From positions 967 to 64,966 of the forward strand of contig WHSQ01000006.1 in the NCBI GenBank assembly GCA_009380005.1: a DNA stretch of 64,000 nt, in the 5' to 3' direction. Below are positions 9,233 through 19,849 of the stretch, piece by piece. A program made the translations under genes and the position numbers. The number at the start of each line of letters is the position of its first letter. The first letter of the stretch is position 1. The notes beneath the pieces were generated by a model. The model did no database searches, was not told the origin of the DNA, and saw only the letters and a program-made list of their open reading frames with translations. Source of the stretch: Actinomycetota bacterium (GTDB lineage Bacteria; Actinomycetota; CADDZG01; WHSQ01).

Positions 9233-10198
9233 TCAGGCGGCGCTGCTGGGCTCCAGGTGGATCGCTCTCCGTCTCGCTCCCAGCTCCGACACCGTCATCG
9301 CCGCCAGCACCAGGGCGGCCCCGACCCACTGGTGCACCAGCAGGCGCTCGCCGAGCCAGAAGGCGGCGAAGACCGCGGCCGATAGCGACTCGCCGGCCAG
9401 GATCACCACCGCCCGGGCCGCGTCGATCTTCCGCTGCGCCAGGACCTGGAGAGTGAACGCGACCCCCGAGCCCAGCACTCCGGTGATCGCCAGCAGGTGC
9501 CAGATCGAGGCGGCGTCGGCCCCGCGCAGGCCCGGGCCGAGGAGCGCCACGACGAGGTGGAGAAGCGCCGCCGCCGCCATCTGGGCGAAGGACAGCGGCA
9601 GGGCGGCGTAGCGGGGGGCGAAGCGGCCGAGGGCCACGATGTGAGCCGCCCACGCGACCGCCGATCCCAGGACCAGGAGATCCCCCGAGTTCAGGCTCAG
9701 ATCGTCGAGAGCGGGGACCGACAACAACGCCATGCCGGCTACCGAGATGGCCACGGCGACCCACACCCAAACCCCCGTCGCCTCCCGGAAGAGCAGCAGG
9801 GCCAGGACCGGGGTGAAGACCACGTAGAGCCCGGTGATGAACCCGGCATTGGTCGCCGTGGTCAGGTCCAATCCCCACGTCTGCAGGGTGTAGCCGAGGA
9901 AGATGAAGGTCCCCAGGAGGAGCCCCGGCCCGGCCACACGTCTCAGCGCGGCCCGGCTCAGGTGCCCGCGGGCGAGCAGGGGCAGGGTCGCCGCGACGGC
10001 GAGAGCGCCGAGCCCCCGGCTCCACGCCATCGCCGAGAGGATCGGGAGGGAGTCCAGGGCCAGCTTCATCGCCGGGAAGGTCGCCCCCCAGATCGTGGGG
10101 GTGAGGTAGATGAGGAAGGGGCTGTCGGCGATCCAGGCCCCGGCCCGGGAGGGACGGGGCTCGGCGAGCGGGGACGGGGTTGAGGTCACGGGCGGCAT
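9233..10198 (-). CDS. EamA/DMT-family transporter
   Basis: 321 aa with about 10 hydrophobic helices in two EamA-like halves (IWGATFPAMKLAL..., GSAVAWAAHIVALGRF...). Confidence 0.8.
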   Translation of the reverse strand: MPPVTSTPSPLAEPRPSRAGAWIADSPFLIYLTPTIWGATFPAMKLALDSLPILSAMAWSRGLGALAVAATLPLLARGHLSRAALRRVAGPGLLLGTFIFLGYTLQTWGLDLTTATNAGFITGLYVVFTPVLALLLFREATGVWVWVAVAISVAGMALLSVPALDDLSLNSGDLLVLGSAVAWAAHIVALGRFAPRYAALPLSFAQMAAAALLHLVVALLGPGLRGADAASIWHLLAITGVLGSGVAFTLQVLAQRKIDAARAVVILAGESLSAAVFAAFWLGERLLVHQWVGAALVLAAMTVSELGARRRAIHLEPSSAA

Positions 10199-10330
10199 CC
10201 TAGCCAGACGCCCGGGGCAGGCTACTACTCCCGTCGTTGACGCCCGGTTATCATTCCGCTTGCTCTTTCACGAAGCACGACGGACGTGCCCGGTAGCGGG
10301 CCGGGACGCCTTACTAGGGGGGACCTAGAG

Positions 10331-11173
10331 ATGCGCAGATGGCTCATCGCCGTACTGACCCTTCTCCTTCTGACCGCGGCCGCCTGCGGCGAGGGCGACA
10401 CCGAGGTCGGGGACGACAACGGCTCCGATACGGGCGGGCAGGAGGAGGTCGAGTTCACCACGATCGAGGAGGGCGTCCTCAAGGTCGGTTCGTGTCTCGA
10501 CTACGCGCCGTTCGAGTTCTTCGAGGAAGGCGCCGAAGAGCCGACCGGCTTCGACGTCGAGATCGTCGACGCCATTGCCTCGGAGCTCGATCTCGAGGTC
10601 GAGTGGACGAAGGCCAACTTCGAAACGATCTTCACCGCGCTCCAAGGGGGCCAGTTCGACATGGTCGCGGCGGCGTCGACCATCACGCCGGAGCGGGAAG
10701 AGATCGTCGCCTTCTCCGACCCCTATTTCAACGCGCGTCAAGGGCTCTCCGTCCAGTCCGGAGGCGAGATCACCGGACAGGGCGACCTTGGCGAGGGTCA
10801 TACGGTCGGCGTCCAGAAGGGTACGACCGGAGAAGCTTGGGCCAAAGAGAACCTGGTGCCGAACGGCGTCGAGCTCAAGAGCTTCGAGTTCGCTCCGGAC
10901 GCGTTCGCCGACCTCGAGGCAGGCAACGTGGATGCCGTCGTGAACGACGAAGGCTCGTCCATAGCCGAGGTCGAGGCGCGTAGCGGGCTCGAGGTGATCG
11001 AAACCATCGACACCGACGAGAACTACGGTCTGGCGCTCCCGCAGGACAATCCGGAGCTCAAGGAAGCGGTGGACCAGGCGCTTGCGACCGTCATCGAGGA
11101 CGGGACCTACGAGGAGATCTTCCTCAAGTACTTCCCGGACCTGCCCGTCCCGGACGAGTTCGCGGCCGCCTGA
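10331..11173 (+). CDS. Polar amino acid ABC transporter substrate-binding lipoprotein
   Basis: The ATG at 10331 follows an AGGGGGGA Shine-Dalgarno. It has a lipoprotein signal (LLLLTAAAC) and a type 3 SBP fold (FDVEIVDAIASELDLEVEW, FDMVAAASTITPEREE). The mature protein is very acidic. Confidence 0.88.
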   Translation: MRRWLIAVLTLLLLTAAACGEGDTEVGDDNGSDTGGQEEVEFTTIEEGVLKVGSCLDYAPFEFFEEGAEEPTGFDVEIVDAIASELDLEVEWTKANFETIFTALQGGQFDMVAAASTITPEREEIVAFSDPYFNARQGLSVQSGGEITGQGDLGEGHTVGVQKGTTGEAWAKENLVPNGVELKSFEFAPDAFADLEAGNVDAVVNDEGSSIAEVEARSGLEVIETIDTDENYGLALPQDNPELKEAVDQALATVIEDGTYEEIFLKYFPDLPVPDEFAAA

Positions 11174-11248
11174 GCGGATAGCGCAGACGGATCGGACGCG
11201 CTCCCTTGACGGGGCGCGGCCGATTCCGTTCCATACGAGGGTGATCAC

Positions 11249-12385
11249 ATGGCGGTAGCCACGGCCGAACCAGCCCGCCCTCCCGACGTCCGGGGGCCCA
11301 CCGCGCCGCTCCCCCTGTCGATCTTCGCACTCGGCATCGCGGCTCTGGTCGTCGTAGCCGGAGGGCTACTAGCCGTCCAGATCGCGTATGCGGTCAACGG
11401 CGCGCCCGAACTCACCGAGCACTGCCTCGTGAACGGGCTCACCGAGAACCAGACCGGTTCTCTCGGCGTATGTCACATCGTGGAGGCCTTCAGATCGTCC
11501 GCGTTGACCGTCGTCCTCCTCGTGGGCATGGCCGTGGGAGCCGTGGCCGTCGTTGCGGGCTTCTCGATCAACGCGCGGATGCCTACGAGGCGACAGCGCG
11601 AGCACGCGATCGCCGGTGGGGTTCTGGGGATCCAGGCGATCGTCCTTGGAGTGCTTCTCTTCTGGTTCCGGGCCGGCAAGGTCACGATCTTCTCGCGCAG
11701 CTTCCTGAACATCGCGGTCCTCGAAGGCTACGGCGACGATTTCCTGACCGGAGCCAAGAACACGCTTTACCTGGCGTTCGGAGGTGAGGTCGGGGGGATC
11801 ATCCTCGGTCTGATCTTCGCGGTGCTCACGCTGTCGACCCGCCGGGTCGTCCGGGCCCCGGCCCGTGCTTACATCAACTTCTTCCGCGGCACGCCGTTGA
11901 TCTGGCAGCTCGTGACCTTCTATTTCGGCGTCAACCTCGGCCTCGGCCTCAAGCTGGGCACGATCCAGGTGGGGCTCATCGTCTTCACGTTGAACACCGG
12001 GGCCTATGCCGCCGAGGTGTTCCGAGCGGGCATCCAGTCGATCGAGCGGGGACAGATCGAAGCAGCGCGGTCGTTGGGTATGAGCTATCTGCAATCGATG
12101 CGTTACGCCATCGTTCCTCAGGCCGTGCGCCGCGTGATACCGCCGTTGATGAACGAGTTCGTCATCCTGATCAAGGACACGGCATTGATCGTGGCACTGG
12201 GGCAAACGCTGGGGCAGCGCGACATCTTCTCCGTAGCGCGCCAGATCTACTCGTCGACGTTCAACGCGACCGGGTTCATGGCCGCCGCCGCCGGTTACCT
12301 GATCGTTACTCTTCCGCTGATCCGCCTCGTCAACATGGTGGAACGCAAGCTCCGCAGCGGATTGACGGGGATCGTCGGGCAATGA
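11249..12385 (+). CDS. Amino acid ABC transporter permease (His/Glu/Gln/Arg/opine family) with an extra N-terminal membrane region
   Basis: The C-terminal half carries the EAA-loop region ([33 protein letters not shown]). The N-terminal ~150 aa add hydrophobic helices. Confidence 0.85.
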   Translation: MAVATAEPARPPDVRGPTAPLPLSIFALGIAALVVVAGGLLAVQIAYAVNGAPELTEHCLVNGLTENQTGSLGVCHIVEAFRSSALTVVLLVGMAVGAVAVVAGFSINARMPTRRQREHAIAGGVLGIQAIVLGVLLFWFRAGKVTIFSRSFLNIAVLEGYGDDFLTGAKNTLYLAFGGEVGGIILGLIFAVLTLSTRRVVRAPARAYINFFRGTPLIWQLVTFYFGVNLGLGLKLGTIQVGLIVFTLNTGAYAAEVFRAGIQSIERGQIEAARSLGMSYLQSMRYAIVPQAVRRVIPPLMNEFVILIKDTALIVALGQTLGQRDIFSVARQIYSSTFNATGFMAAAAGYLIVTLPLIRLVNMVERKLRSGLTGIVGQ

Positions 12386-13137
12386 GGCAGCGACCGCTCA
12401 ACGACGACGGGACGCTGGTGCGCCTCGAAGGGATCCACAAGTGGTTCGGCGACCTGCACGTGCTCAAGGGCATCGACCACAAGATCCATTCCGAACAGGT
12501 CGTGGTCGTCATCGGCCCTTCCGGCTCGGGCAAGTCGACGCTGTTGCGATGCATCAACATCCTGGAGGAGCCGACGCAGGGCAGCGTCATCTTCAACGGC
12601 CAGGACATCACGGATATCAGGACCGACCTCAACAAGGTCAGGACGCAGATCGGGATCGTCTTCCAGGCCTATAACCTGTTCCCCCACAAGACCGCGATGG
12701 AGAACTGCATGCTCGCGCTCAAGAAGGTCCTGAACATGGTGGACGACGAGGCCCAAGAGAGAGCGATGACCGAGCTCAAGCACGTCGGCCTGGAGCAAAA
12801 GGCCGACGCCTATCCGTCCCAGCTCTCCGGTGGGCAGCAGCAACGGGTCGCGATCGCTCGCGCTCTCGCCATGAGGCCCCAACTGATGCTGTTCGACGAG
12901 GTCACCTCCGCGCTCGACCCCGAGCTCGTCAAAGAGGTCCTCGACACGATGAAGCGTCTCGCCGACGAAGGGATGACGATGGTCGTCGTTACGCACGAGA
13001 TGGGTTTCGCGCGTGAGGTCGGAACGCATCTACTCTTCATGGACGATGGGAAGATCGTGGAGGAAGGAGAACCGAGGGAGGTCTTCGAGCGCCCGCAGGA
13101 TGAGCGAACGCAGTCCTTCCTGTCGCATGTCCTCTAG
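12382..13137 (+). CDS. Amino acid ABC transporter ATP-binding protein (GlnQ-like)
   Basis: Walker [10 protein letters not shown], signature [15 protein letters not shown] and Walker [13 protein letters not shown] are present. The start overlaps the permease stop. Confidence 0.92.
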   Translation: MRQRPLNDDGTLVRLEGIHKWFGDLHVLKGIDHKIHSEQVVVVIGPSGSGKSTLLRCINILEEPTQGSVIFNGQDITDIRTDLNKVRTQIGIVFQAYNLFPHKTAMENCMLALKKVLNMVDDEAQERAMTELKHVGLEQKADAYPSQLSGGQQQRVAIARALAMRPQLMLFDEVTSALDPELVKEVLDTMKRLADEGMTMVVVTHEMGFAREVGTHLLFMDDGKIVEEGEPREVFERPQDERTQSFLSHVL

Positions 13138-13543
13138 GACCCTCGTCGCCCTCGTCGCAGCAGTGGCGATGACGGGTTGCGCGGCGGGTGCCGGAGATGG
13201 TTCCGATCGGCCCAAGCTCGCACCCTCGATCAGGGATCTCCGTACCGAGGACACGACGGGACCGTACGTCTCGGTCGCCGTCGACAACCACTTCCACGAC
13301 GTGCACCCCGAGGACAACATCAGGATCGCCGCCGACCGGCCTTTCATCGTCAAGAACCAGGGCAGCAACCTGCACAACGTCACGATCGCGGGGACGGATG
13401 TCGACGAAGATCTGAAGCCCGGCGAACAGATCGAGTTCGACCCGGCCGGGGAGGAGCTAGGGGTGGGACCTCACACGATGATCTGTCGCATCCACGCCAA
13501 CCAGGGGATGACGGGGCAGTTCGTCGTCTTCGAGGATATCTAG
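13127..13543 (+). CDS. Cupredoxin-like (blue copper) lipoprotein
   Basis: Internal ATG at 13127 with lipoprotein signal ([13 protein letters not shown]). Copper-ligand pattern HNVT ... C-R-I-H-ANQG-M at the C-terminus. Confidence 0.7.
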   Translation: MSSRTLVALVAAVAMTGCAAGAGDGSDRPKLAPSIRDLRTEDTTGPYVSVAVDNHFHDVHPEDNIRIAADRPFIVKNQGSNLHNVTIAGTDVDEDLKPGEQIEFDPAGEELGVGPHTMICRIHANQGMTGQFVVFEDI

Positions 13544-13707
13544 GCGGCGGGGCTCGCCTCGGAGCGGGTACGGGGGTCGCACTCGAGCATGTCGACGTAG
13601 TCGAGGGCCGCACCGACGAGGTCGAAGCGGCCGACCAGCGTCCCGTCCAACCAGACGAGCCAATCCCACCCGTCTTGGGAGATCCTCACTTCCGGCCGGT
13701 ACGTCAT
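13540..13707 (-). CDS. Hypothetical 55-aa protein (below the length cutoff of the ORF track)
   Basis: Hand translation gives [62 protein letters not shown] Shine-Dalgarno lies about 9 nt upstream, and nearly all third codon positions are G/C. Confidence 0.5.
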   Translation of the reverse strand: MTYRPEVRISQDGWDWLVWLDGTLVGRFDLVGAALDYVDMLECDPRTRSEASPAA

Positions 13708-13814
13708 CGTCCCCACTCCTCAATCCCAACCCGAAGTCAACGTACGTCCGCCGCGAGGTCAACGGTAGTCCGCTTTAGTGCGTATCTACCGGATTTGGGA
13801 TCCGGCCGGGACGG

Positions 13815-14540
13815 CTAGACGGCTTCGACGATCCCGGCTATCACCGGGCCGATCAGGAGGGCGGGAAGGAGGGCTACGACTCGGACCCGCGCGATGTCGA
13901 GGAGACGCAGACCGATGCCCAGAACGAGCAGGCTCCCGACCGCGCCGAGCACGGCGAGTACCTCGGTGGTCATCAGCGGCTCGACGAGGGCCGCCGCCGC
14001 GGTGAGACCGCCCTGGTAGACGATCAGGGTCGCGAGAGACGCCAGGACCCCCCATCCGTAAACCGATGCGAAGCCGATCGCCGCGAAGCCGTCGAGCGCG
14101 CTCTTGATAGCGAGGAGGCGGACGCTCACGCCCAGCCCATCCTCGATCGCGCCGACGATCGTGAGCGGGCCGACACAGAACACCGTTGATGCCACCACGA
14201 AGCCCTCGATGAACATCGTGTGCGTGTCTCGATCCTCCGACCTCACGAAGCGCTTCCGCAGGCGCTCGCCGACGGACTCGAGTCGTTCCTCCAGTCCGAG
14301 CCCCTCTCCGACCAGACCTCCGGCGATCATGGCAACGATGAGGATGACGAATCGGCGCAGGCCGTCGTCCGCGTCGAACAACGGCTCCATGCTGACGACG
14401 GCGACCGCCACGGTCACGAGCCCCAGGCCCTGCATGATCGTGCGTCGCATCCGCTCCGGAAGGCGATCGCCGATCACGACCCCCAGCAGCCCGCCGGCCA
14501 GAACCGTGGCGACATTGATGACGGTGCCGAGGCCGTTCAC
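13815..14540 (-). CDS. DUF554-family membrane protein
   Basis: 241-aa polytopic protein whose N-terminus MNGLGTVINVATVLAGGLLG is typical of the DUF554 (YqgA/YdfK-like) family. Confidence 0.75.
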   Translation of the reverse strand: MNGLGTVINVATVLAGGLLGVVIGDRLPERMRRTIMQGLGLVTVAVAVVSMEPLFDADDGLRRFVILIVAMIAGGLVGEGLGLEERLESVGERLRKRFVRSEDRDTHTMFIEGFVVASTVFCVGPLTIVGAIEDGLGVSVRLLAIKSALDGFAAIGFASVYGWGVLASLATLIVYQGGLTAAAALVEPLMTTEVLAVLGAVGSLLVLGIGLRLLDIARVRVVALLPALLIGPVIAGIVEAV

Positions 14541-14610
14541 GGCACCACTTTCCCGGATCTGAGCATCCGTGGAAGCTAGCAGGCGCGTTGCGCCCTAGTC
14601 TCCGTTGATC

Positions 14611-15309
14611 ATGGCCGAGGTTCCCGCCGGTCTCGCCGCGCTGAACGAGGAGGTGGTGACCTGCCGCGCCTGCCCTCGACTGGTGGACTGGCGCGAGAGC
14701 GTTGCCCGGGAGAAGCGCGCCTCTTTCGCGGGTGAGACCTACTGGGGGCGACCGGTGCCCGGTTTCGGCGACATCGCCGGCCGGTTGCTGGTCGTCGGCC
14801 TGGCCCCCGCCGCGCACGGCGGCAACCGTACCGGCAGGATCTTCACGGGAGACCGCAGCGGCGACTGGCTCTTCGCATCCCTGCACCGGACGGGTTATGC
14901 GAACCAGCCGACCTCGGTCTCCGACGACGACGGCCTGGAGCTGACGGACTGCTACATCAGCGCGGTCGTGAAGTGCGCCCCGCCGGCGAACAAACCGGCG
15001 CCGGACGAACGCGACCGTTGCCTTCCGTATCTCGTACGTGAGCGCGTCTTGATGACCAACCTAAGGGTGGTCGTCGCCCTGGGATCCTTCGCCTGGGATG
15101 GTTATCTTCGGCTGGTTGCCTCCGCCACCGGCCGATCCGTTCGGCCCAAGCCTCGCTTCGGTCACCTCGCCGAGGCGCGCGTCCGCGACGAGATCCTGTT
15201 GGGCTCGTTCCATCCCAGCCAGCAGAACACCTTCACCGGCAAGCTCACGGAACCGATGTTGGACGCGGTGTTCACACGGGCCCGAGAGATCGGCGCTACG
15301 CGGAGCTGA
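14611..15309 (+). CDS. Uracil-DNA glycosylase, family 4/5 (UdgB-like)
   Basis: CRACPRL Fe-S cysteine motif, GLAPAAHGGNRTGRIFTG (family 5-type motif A) and HPSQQN motif B are present. The 3' end overlaps the gltB 3' end convergently by 14 nt. Confidence 0.85.
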   Translation: MAEVPAGLAALNEEVVTCRACPRLVDWRESVAREKRASFAGETYWGRPVPGFGDIAGRLLVVGLAPAAHGGNRTGRIFTGDRSGDWLFASLHRTGYANQPTSVSDDDGLELTDCYISAVVKCAPPANKPAPDERDRCLPYLVRERVLMTNLRVVVALGSFAWDGYLRLVASATGRSVRPKPRFGHLAEARVRDEILLGSFHPSQQNTFTGKLTEPMLDAVFTRAREIGATRS

Positions 15310-18300
15310 CGGCGGTGCCCTCGAACAGGGCTTCCAACCTAGCGACCTCGGCCTTGGGCGCTACCCGGCGGAAGTGGTTCGACTCCGCGTCCCAATCCTG
15401 GAGGATCCGTCCGGCGAGGGCCGACCCGGTGGCTTCGAAGTGGCGCCGGATGACGCGCTCCAGCGAGGCCAGTTGGCCGACGGTGGGCTCGTACGCCGCA
15501 ACGAGCTGCGGGTTCAGACGACCCTCGAGCGTCCGCTCCGGGTCGTATGCGTAAGCCTCGCCTCCGCTCATCCCGGCCCCCATGTTGCGACCCACGGGCC
15601 CCAGGATGACCACGGCACCCGACGTCATGTACTCGCAGGCATGGTCGCCTGCGCCTTCGACGACCGCGACGGCTCCGGAGTTGCGCACGGCGAAGCGCTC
15701 GCCCGCGCGCCCGGCGACGTAGAGCTGCCCCCCCGTCGCTCCGTACAACACGGTGTTCCCGACGAGGTAGGGATCGCCCACGTCGTTGGCCGGCGGAGCG
15801 ATCACGATCCGGCCTCCGCCCATGCCCTTCCCGACGTAGTCGTTGGCCTCGCCGGTCAGCGCCAGCTCGATGCCCTCGGACAGCAACGCCCCGAACGACT
15901 GGCCGGCTTCGCCGGTGAACGCGGCCCGCACGCGTCCGGGGGGCCGAGCCGCCCCGAACTCGACGCACGCGGCAACGCCCAGACGCGCGCCGACCGTGCG
16001 ATCGGCGTTCGTGATGGCGTAGGAGAGCTCGATCGAGTCGTCGGATCGCAGCGCCTCGAGCGCTTCGGCGAACAAGCGGTCGCCGAGCGCCGACCGCGGC
16101 CGCTGCATCTCCAGCGAACCGGTGAACCGTCGCTCTCCGGCGGGGGGATCGAACAATAGGGCGCCCACTTCGAGCGACCGTGCGCGCTCCTCGAGATCAC
16201 GTTTCTTCACCAGGTCCGTCCGGCCGATCGCCTCCTCCAACGTTCGGAGCCCCAAGGACGAGAGCAACAAGCGAACGTCCTCGGCGACGAGCATCAGGTA
16301 GCGAGCGACCATCTCCGGGGTCCCCGCGTACTTGGCGCGGAGCGCCGGATCCTGCGTCGCTATGCCGACGGGACAGGTGTTGCGATGGCACGTGCGTACC
16401 AGGATGCAGCCTTCGGCGATGAGCGCGGCGGTCCCGAACGAGAACTCGTCCGCGCCCAAGACGGCGGCGAGCACGATGTCGCGTCCCGTCTTCAGACCGC
16501 CGTCGACGCGCAGGCGGGTCCGTCCGCGGAGGCCGTTCTCGACGAGGGCCCGTTGGGTCTCGGCCAACCCGATCTCCCACGGCATCCCGGCGTTCTTGAT
16601 CGAAGAGAGAGGGCTGGCGCCGGTTCCTCCGTCGGCGCCCGAGATGTGCACGACATCGGCGAGGCCTTTCACGACGCCCGCCGCGATCGTGCCGACGCCC
16701 TCCGACGCCACGAGCTTCACGGATACCGCTGCTCGGGCGTTCGCCTGCTTGAGGTCGTAGATGAGCTGTGCGAGATCTTCGATCGAGTAGATGTCGTGGT
16801 GCGGGGGAGGGGAGACGAGCGCGATGCCGGGGATGGTATGGCGTAGCCGAGCGATCTCATCGCTGACCTTCTTGCCCGGGATCTGGCCTCCCTCGCCGGG
16901 CTTGGAGCCCTGCGCCATCTTGATCTGGAGCTCGCGCGCGAAGCCGACATATTCGGGTGTGACCCCGAAGCGGCCGGAGGCGATCTGCTTGATGCCCGAG
17001 TTGCGCTCGTCGCGGAAACGCTCCCGCGCCTCGCCTCCCTCGCCGGTGTTCGCCATGCCGCCGATCATGTTGAGAGCCACGGACAGGGTCTCGTGCGATT
17101 CGGCGGAGAGAGCGCCGTGAGACATCGCGCCCGTCGAGAAGCGTCGAACTATGGCCGACGCGGGCTCGACTTCCTCCAGGGGTATCGGGGGCCCGGTCGG
17201 AGCGAACTCAAGCAGGTCGCGCGGCTCCGACGCGGGGCGACCGTCGGTGATGTCGGCGAACTTCCGGTACGCGGGGTCGTCGCCGCGGGCGGCGCGGCGG
17301 AGGGCGTGCGCCGCGTCCATCTCCTCGGTGTCCTCGACCTTGAGGCCGACCGTCTCGTGCAACGAATCGATCACGTCCGGGTTCAGGGCGTGGAACTCGC
17401 CGCCCCGTTTGAACTTGATGAACCCGGTGTTGGTGAGGACCGGCTTCGCCCCGTATGCGTCCGCGTGACGAGCGAGGGCGTCCTCACCGAGCATCTCGAA
17501 GGTCAGACCGTGCAGGGTCGACTCCACGCCGGGGAAACAAGCGTCGATTACGTCGTGGCCGAGGCCCATGGCTTCGATGATCTGTGCGCCACGGTACGAG
17601 TCCACCGTGGCGATACCCATCTTCGACATGACCTTCATCAGCCCGTCTTCGATCGCGTGTACGAAGTTGCGCTGAGCCTGATCGACGTCGACATCCCCGC
17701 CCAGACGCCCGCGCTTCGAAAGTTCTGCTATGGAGTTGAGAGCCAACCTCGGCGAGACGAGGTCGGCGCCGTTGGTGATCAGGCAGGCGGCGTGATGCGT
17801 CTCTCGCACGTCTGCGGCGTCGACCACTATCCCGGTCAACGATCGCGCCCTTTCCGCTATCAGGCGATGGTGAACCATGCCTGCCGCGAGGGCGGACGGC
17901 ACGGGCGCCCGCGTCTCGCTCATCGCGGCGTCGCTGATCACGAGTACCTCCCACCCGGCCTTGACCGCAGCCAGCGCCTGCCGGGTTAGGTCCTCGCATG
18001 CTTCGCGCAGGCCCCCGGGGCCCGCGGCCACGTCGAAGGTGGCGTCGAGCACCTCGGCTCCCTCGGCGATCAGCTCCTGTACGGAGGACGGGAACAGCAC
18101 GAAGGACGGGTATTCGCGGATCGCGGCGGAGTCGGGACGTTCGTGAAGGACTTCCGCGCGCCTGCCCAGCCGGCTCGAGATCGACATGACGTGTCGTTCC
18201 CGCAGGTGGTCGATCGGCGGGTTCGTCACCTGGGCGAATCGTTGTTTGAGGAAACCGAACAATGGGCGCCGATGTTCGGCGAGAGGGGGCTGGGCCGTGT

Positions 18301-19732
18301 CGTCGCCCATCGAGGACGTCGGCTCCGTCCCCTCGGTGGCCATCGGCCTGATCACCACGGTGAACTCTTCCTTCGTGTAGCCGGTGGCGACCTGATGGGC
18401 GACGACGTTTTCCGGGACCGACGCATCGGGTCCGCCGGCAGATCGTTCGGTCAGATGTTCGTCGATCCAGGTGTTGTAGGGCCGACGTAGGGCGAGGCGC
18501 CGCTTGATGTCGGCGTCGCGCATCACCCCGCCCTCGTTCGGGTCGACGCAGAAGATCTCGCCGGGCCCCACCTTGCCGCGCTCGACGCGACCGTGGCCCC
18601 GCGTCGCGACCACACCGACCTCGGAAGCACAGACCACCAATCCGTCGTCGCAGATCGAGAGTCGGAGAGGACGTAACCCGTTGCGGTCGAGTTGCGCCAC
18701 GACGCGCACCCCATCCGTCATGACCAGCGCGGCGGGGCCGTCCCACGGCTCCATCAGGGCGGCGTGGTAGCGGAAGAACGAACGCAGGTCCTCATCGAGA
18801 TCGGCCAGCCCTTCCCACGCGGAGGGCACGAGCATCGTCGCTGCGTGCCGGAGGTCGCGGCCCCCACGCGTCAGTAGCTCGAGCGCCTCGTCCAGCATCC
18901 CCGAATCCGATGAGTCCGGGTCGACCGCGGGGATCAGCAATTGCTCGGGGGCAAGGTCCTCGGCGCCCAAACGACCTTCACGCGCGCTCATCCACGCGCG
19001 GTTGCCGCGGATCGTGTTGATCTCGCCGTTGTGGCCGACGAAGCGGAACGGCTGGGCGCGCTCCCAGGTAGGAGACGTGTTGGTCGAGTAACGCTGGTGG
19101 AAGATGCTGAACCAGGCCTCGTAGCCCGGGTGTTTCAGATCCGGATAGAACTCCGCCAGCTGATCCGCCGCGCACAGCGCCTTATAGGTAACGGTGCGGA
19201 ACGAGAACGAGGCGATGTAGATACGCGAGCCTCTCGTCCGAGCGTGCGCCTCGATGCGGCGCCGAGCTCGGAAGGCACGCCTCTCTCCGTCCTCGACATC
19301 GCCTCCGACCGGGCGCAGGACGATCGCCTGTTCGATCGCAGGAGCAGAGAGCCGGGCCTGTGCGCCCAGCGCCTCGGGTTCGACCGGCACGGGCCGCCAC
19401 CGGACCAGATCCAGGCCCTCCGCTTCGCACGCCTCGGTTACCGTGCGCCGGGAGCCGTCCCGGTCGGTTGGATCGCCGAACACCATGGCCACCCCGACCC
19501 GATCGTCCAGGTCTGCATGGTCGGGCGCCAGCACCGGCAGGCCGATCGGCAGGAGGAGGCCGGCGCCATCGCCGGTGCGATCGTCGGAGGCCGTGGCACC
19601 ACGATGACGGACCCTTCGGAGCGCCTCGAGGGCGTGTTCGACCATCTGGTGCGATGCCCGGCCCCGGGCGTCGGCCACGAAGCCGATCCCGCAGGCGTCG
19701 CGTTCGTATCGTCTCGGATCGTGGGTCCCCAT
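15296..19732 (-). CDS. gltB: Glutamate synthase large subunit
   Basis: 1478 aa. It has the N-terminal amidotransferase Cys (ERDAC-GIGFVAD), FMN/Fe-S central domains and a C-terminal GXGXG beta-helix domain. No gltD gene is adjacent. Confidence 0.97.
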   Translation of the reverse strand: MGTHDPRRYERDACGIGFVADARGRASHQMVEHALEALRRVRHRGATASDDRTGDGAGLLLPIGLPVLAPDHADLDDRVGVAMVFGDPTDRDGSRRTVTEACEAEGLDLVRWRPVPVEPEALGAQARLSAPAIEQAIVLRPVGGDVEDGERRAFRARRRIEAHARTRGSRIYIASFSFRTVTYKALCAADQLAEFYPDLKHPGYEAWFSIFHQRYSTNTSPTWERAQPFRFVGHNGEINTIRGNRAWMSAREGRLGAEDLAPEQLLIPAVDPDSSDSGMLDEALELLTRGGRDLRHAATMLVPSAWEGLADLDEDLRSFFRYHAALMEPWDGPAALVMTDGVRVVAQLDRNGLRPLRLSICDDGLVVCASEVGVVATRGHGRVERGKVGPGEIFCVDPNEGGVMRDADIKRRLALRRPYNTWIDEHLTERSAGGPDASVPENVVAHQVATGYTKEEFTVVIRPMATEGTEPTSSMGDDTAQPPLAEHRRPLFGFLKQRFAQVTNPPIDHLRERHVMSISSRLGRRAEVLHERPDSAAIREYPSFVLFPSSVQELIAEGAEVLDATFDVAAGPGGLREACEDLTRQALAAVKAGWEVLVISDAAMSETRAPVPSALAAGMVHHRLIAERARSLTGIVVDAADVRETHHAACLITNGADLVSPRLALNSIAELSKRGRLGGDVDVDQAQRNFVHAIEDGLMKVMSKMGIATVDSYRGAQIIEAMGLGHDVIDACFPGVESTLHGLTFEMLGEDALARHADAYGAKPVLTNTGFIKFKRGGEFHALNPDVIDSLHETVGLKVEDTEEMDAAHALRRAARGDDPAYRKFADITDGRPASEPRDLLEFAPTGPPIPLEEVEPASAIVRRFSTGAMSHGALSAESHETLSVALNMIGGMANTGEGGEARERFRDERNSGIKQIASGRFGVTPEYVGFARELQIKMAQGSKPGEGGQIPGKKVSDEIARLRHTIPGIALVSPPPHHDIYSIEDLAQLIYDLKQANARAAVSVKLVASEGVGTIAAGVVKGLADVVHISGADGGTGASPLSSIKNAGMPWEIGLAETQRALVENGLRGRTRLRVDGGLKTGRDIVLAAVLGADEFSFGTAALIAEGCILVRTCHRNTCPVGIATQDPALRAKYAGTPEMVARYLMLVAEDVRLLLSSLGLRTLEEAIGRTDLVKKRDLEERARSLEVGALLFDPPAGERRFTGSLEMQRPRSALGDRLFAEALEALRSDDSIELSYAITNADRTVGARLGVAACVEFGAARPPGRVRAAFTGEAGQSFGALLSEGIELALTGEANDYVGKGMGGGRIVIAPPANDVGDPYLVGNTVLYGATGGQLYVAGRAGERFAVRNSGAVAVVEGAGDHACEYMTSGAVVILGPVGRNMGAGMSGGEAYAYDPERTLEGRLNPQLVAAYEPTVGQLASLERVIRRHFEATGSALAGRILQDWDAESNHFRRVAPKAEVARLEALFEGTAVSSA

Positions 19733-19750
19733 AGCCGCCTTCCGGACGCC

Positions 19751-19793
19751 TGGGGGAAGAAAAAGGAAAGGCGCCCCACTTGGGAGCGCCTTT
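19751..19793 (-). terminator. Intrinsic terminator-like hairpin between the FTR1 permease gene and gltB
   Basis: The minus strand reads AAAGGCGCTCC-CAAGT-GGGGCGCCTTT (11-bp stem with one G-U, 5-nt loop) followed by CCTTTTTCTT. It ends 18 nt before the gltB ATG. Confidence 0.7.
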
Positions 19794-19849
19794 GCTCGTA
19801 TATGTCGTCGGTCAGTTCACCCTACCAGCCCCGGGGTTGTCAACGACCC

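Noticed and set aside
15296-19732. Absence of gltD next to gltB as a sign of a novel glutamate synthase type.
   Set aside because: The small subunit can be encoded elsewhere, and nothing in the GltB sequence looks atypical.
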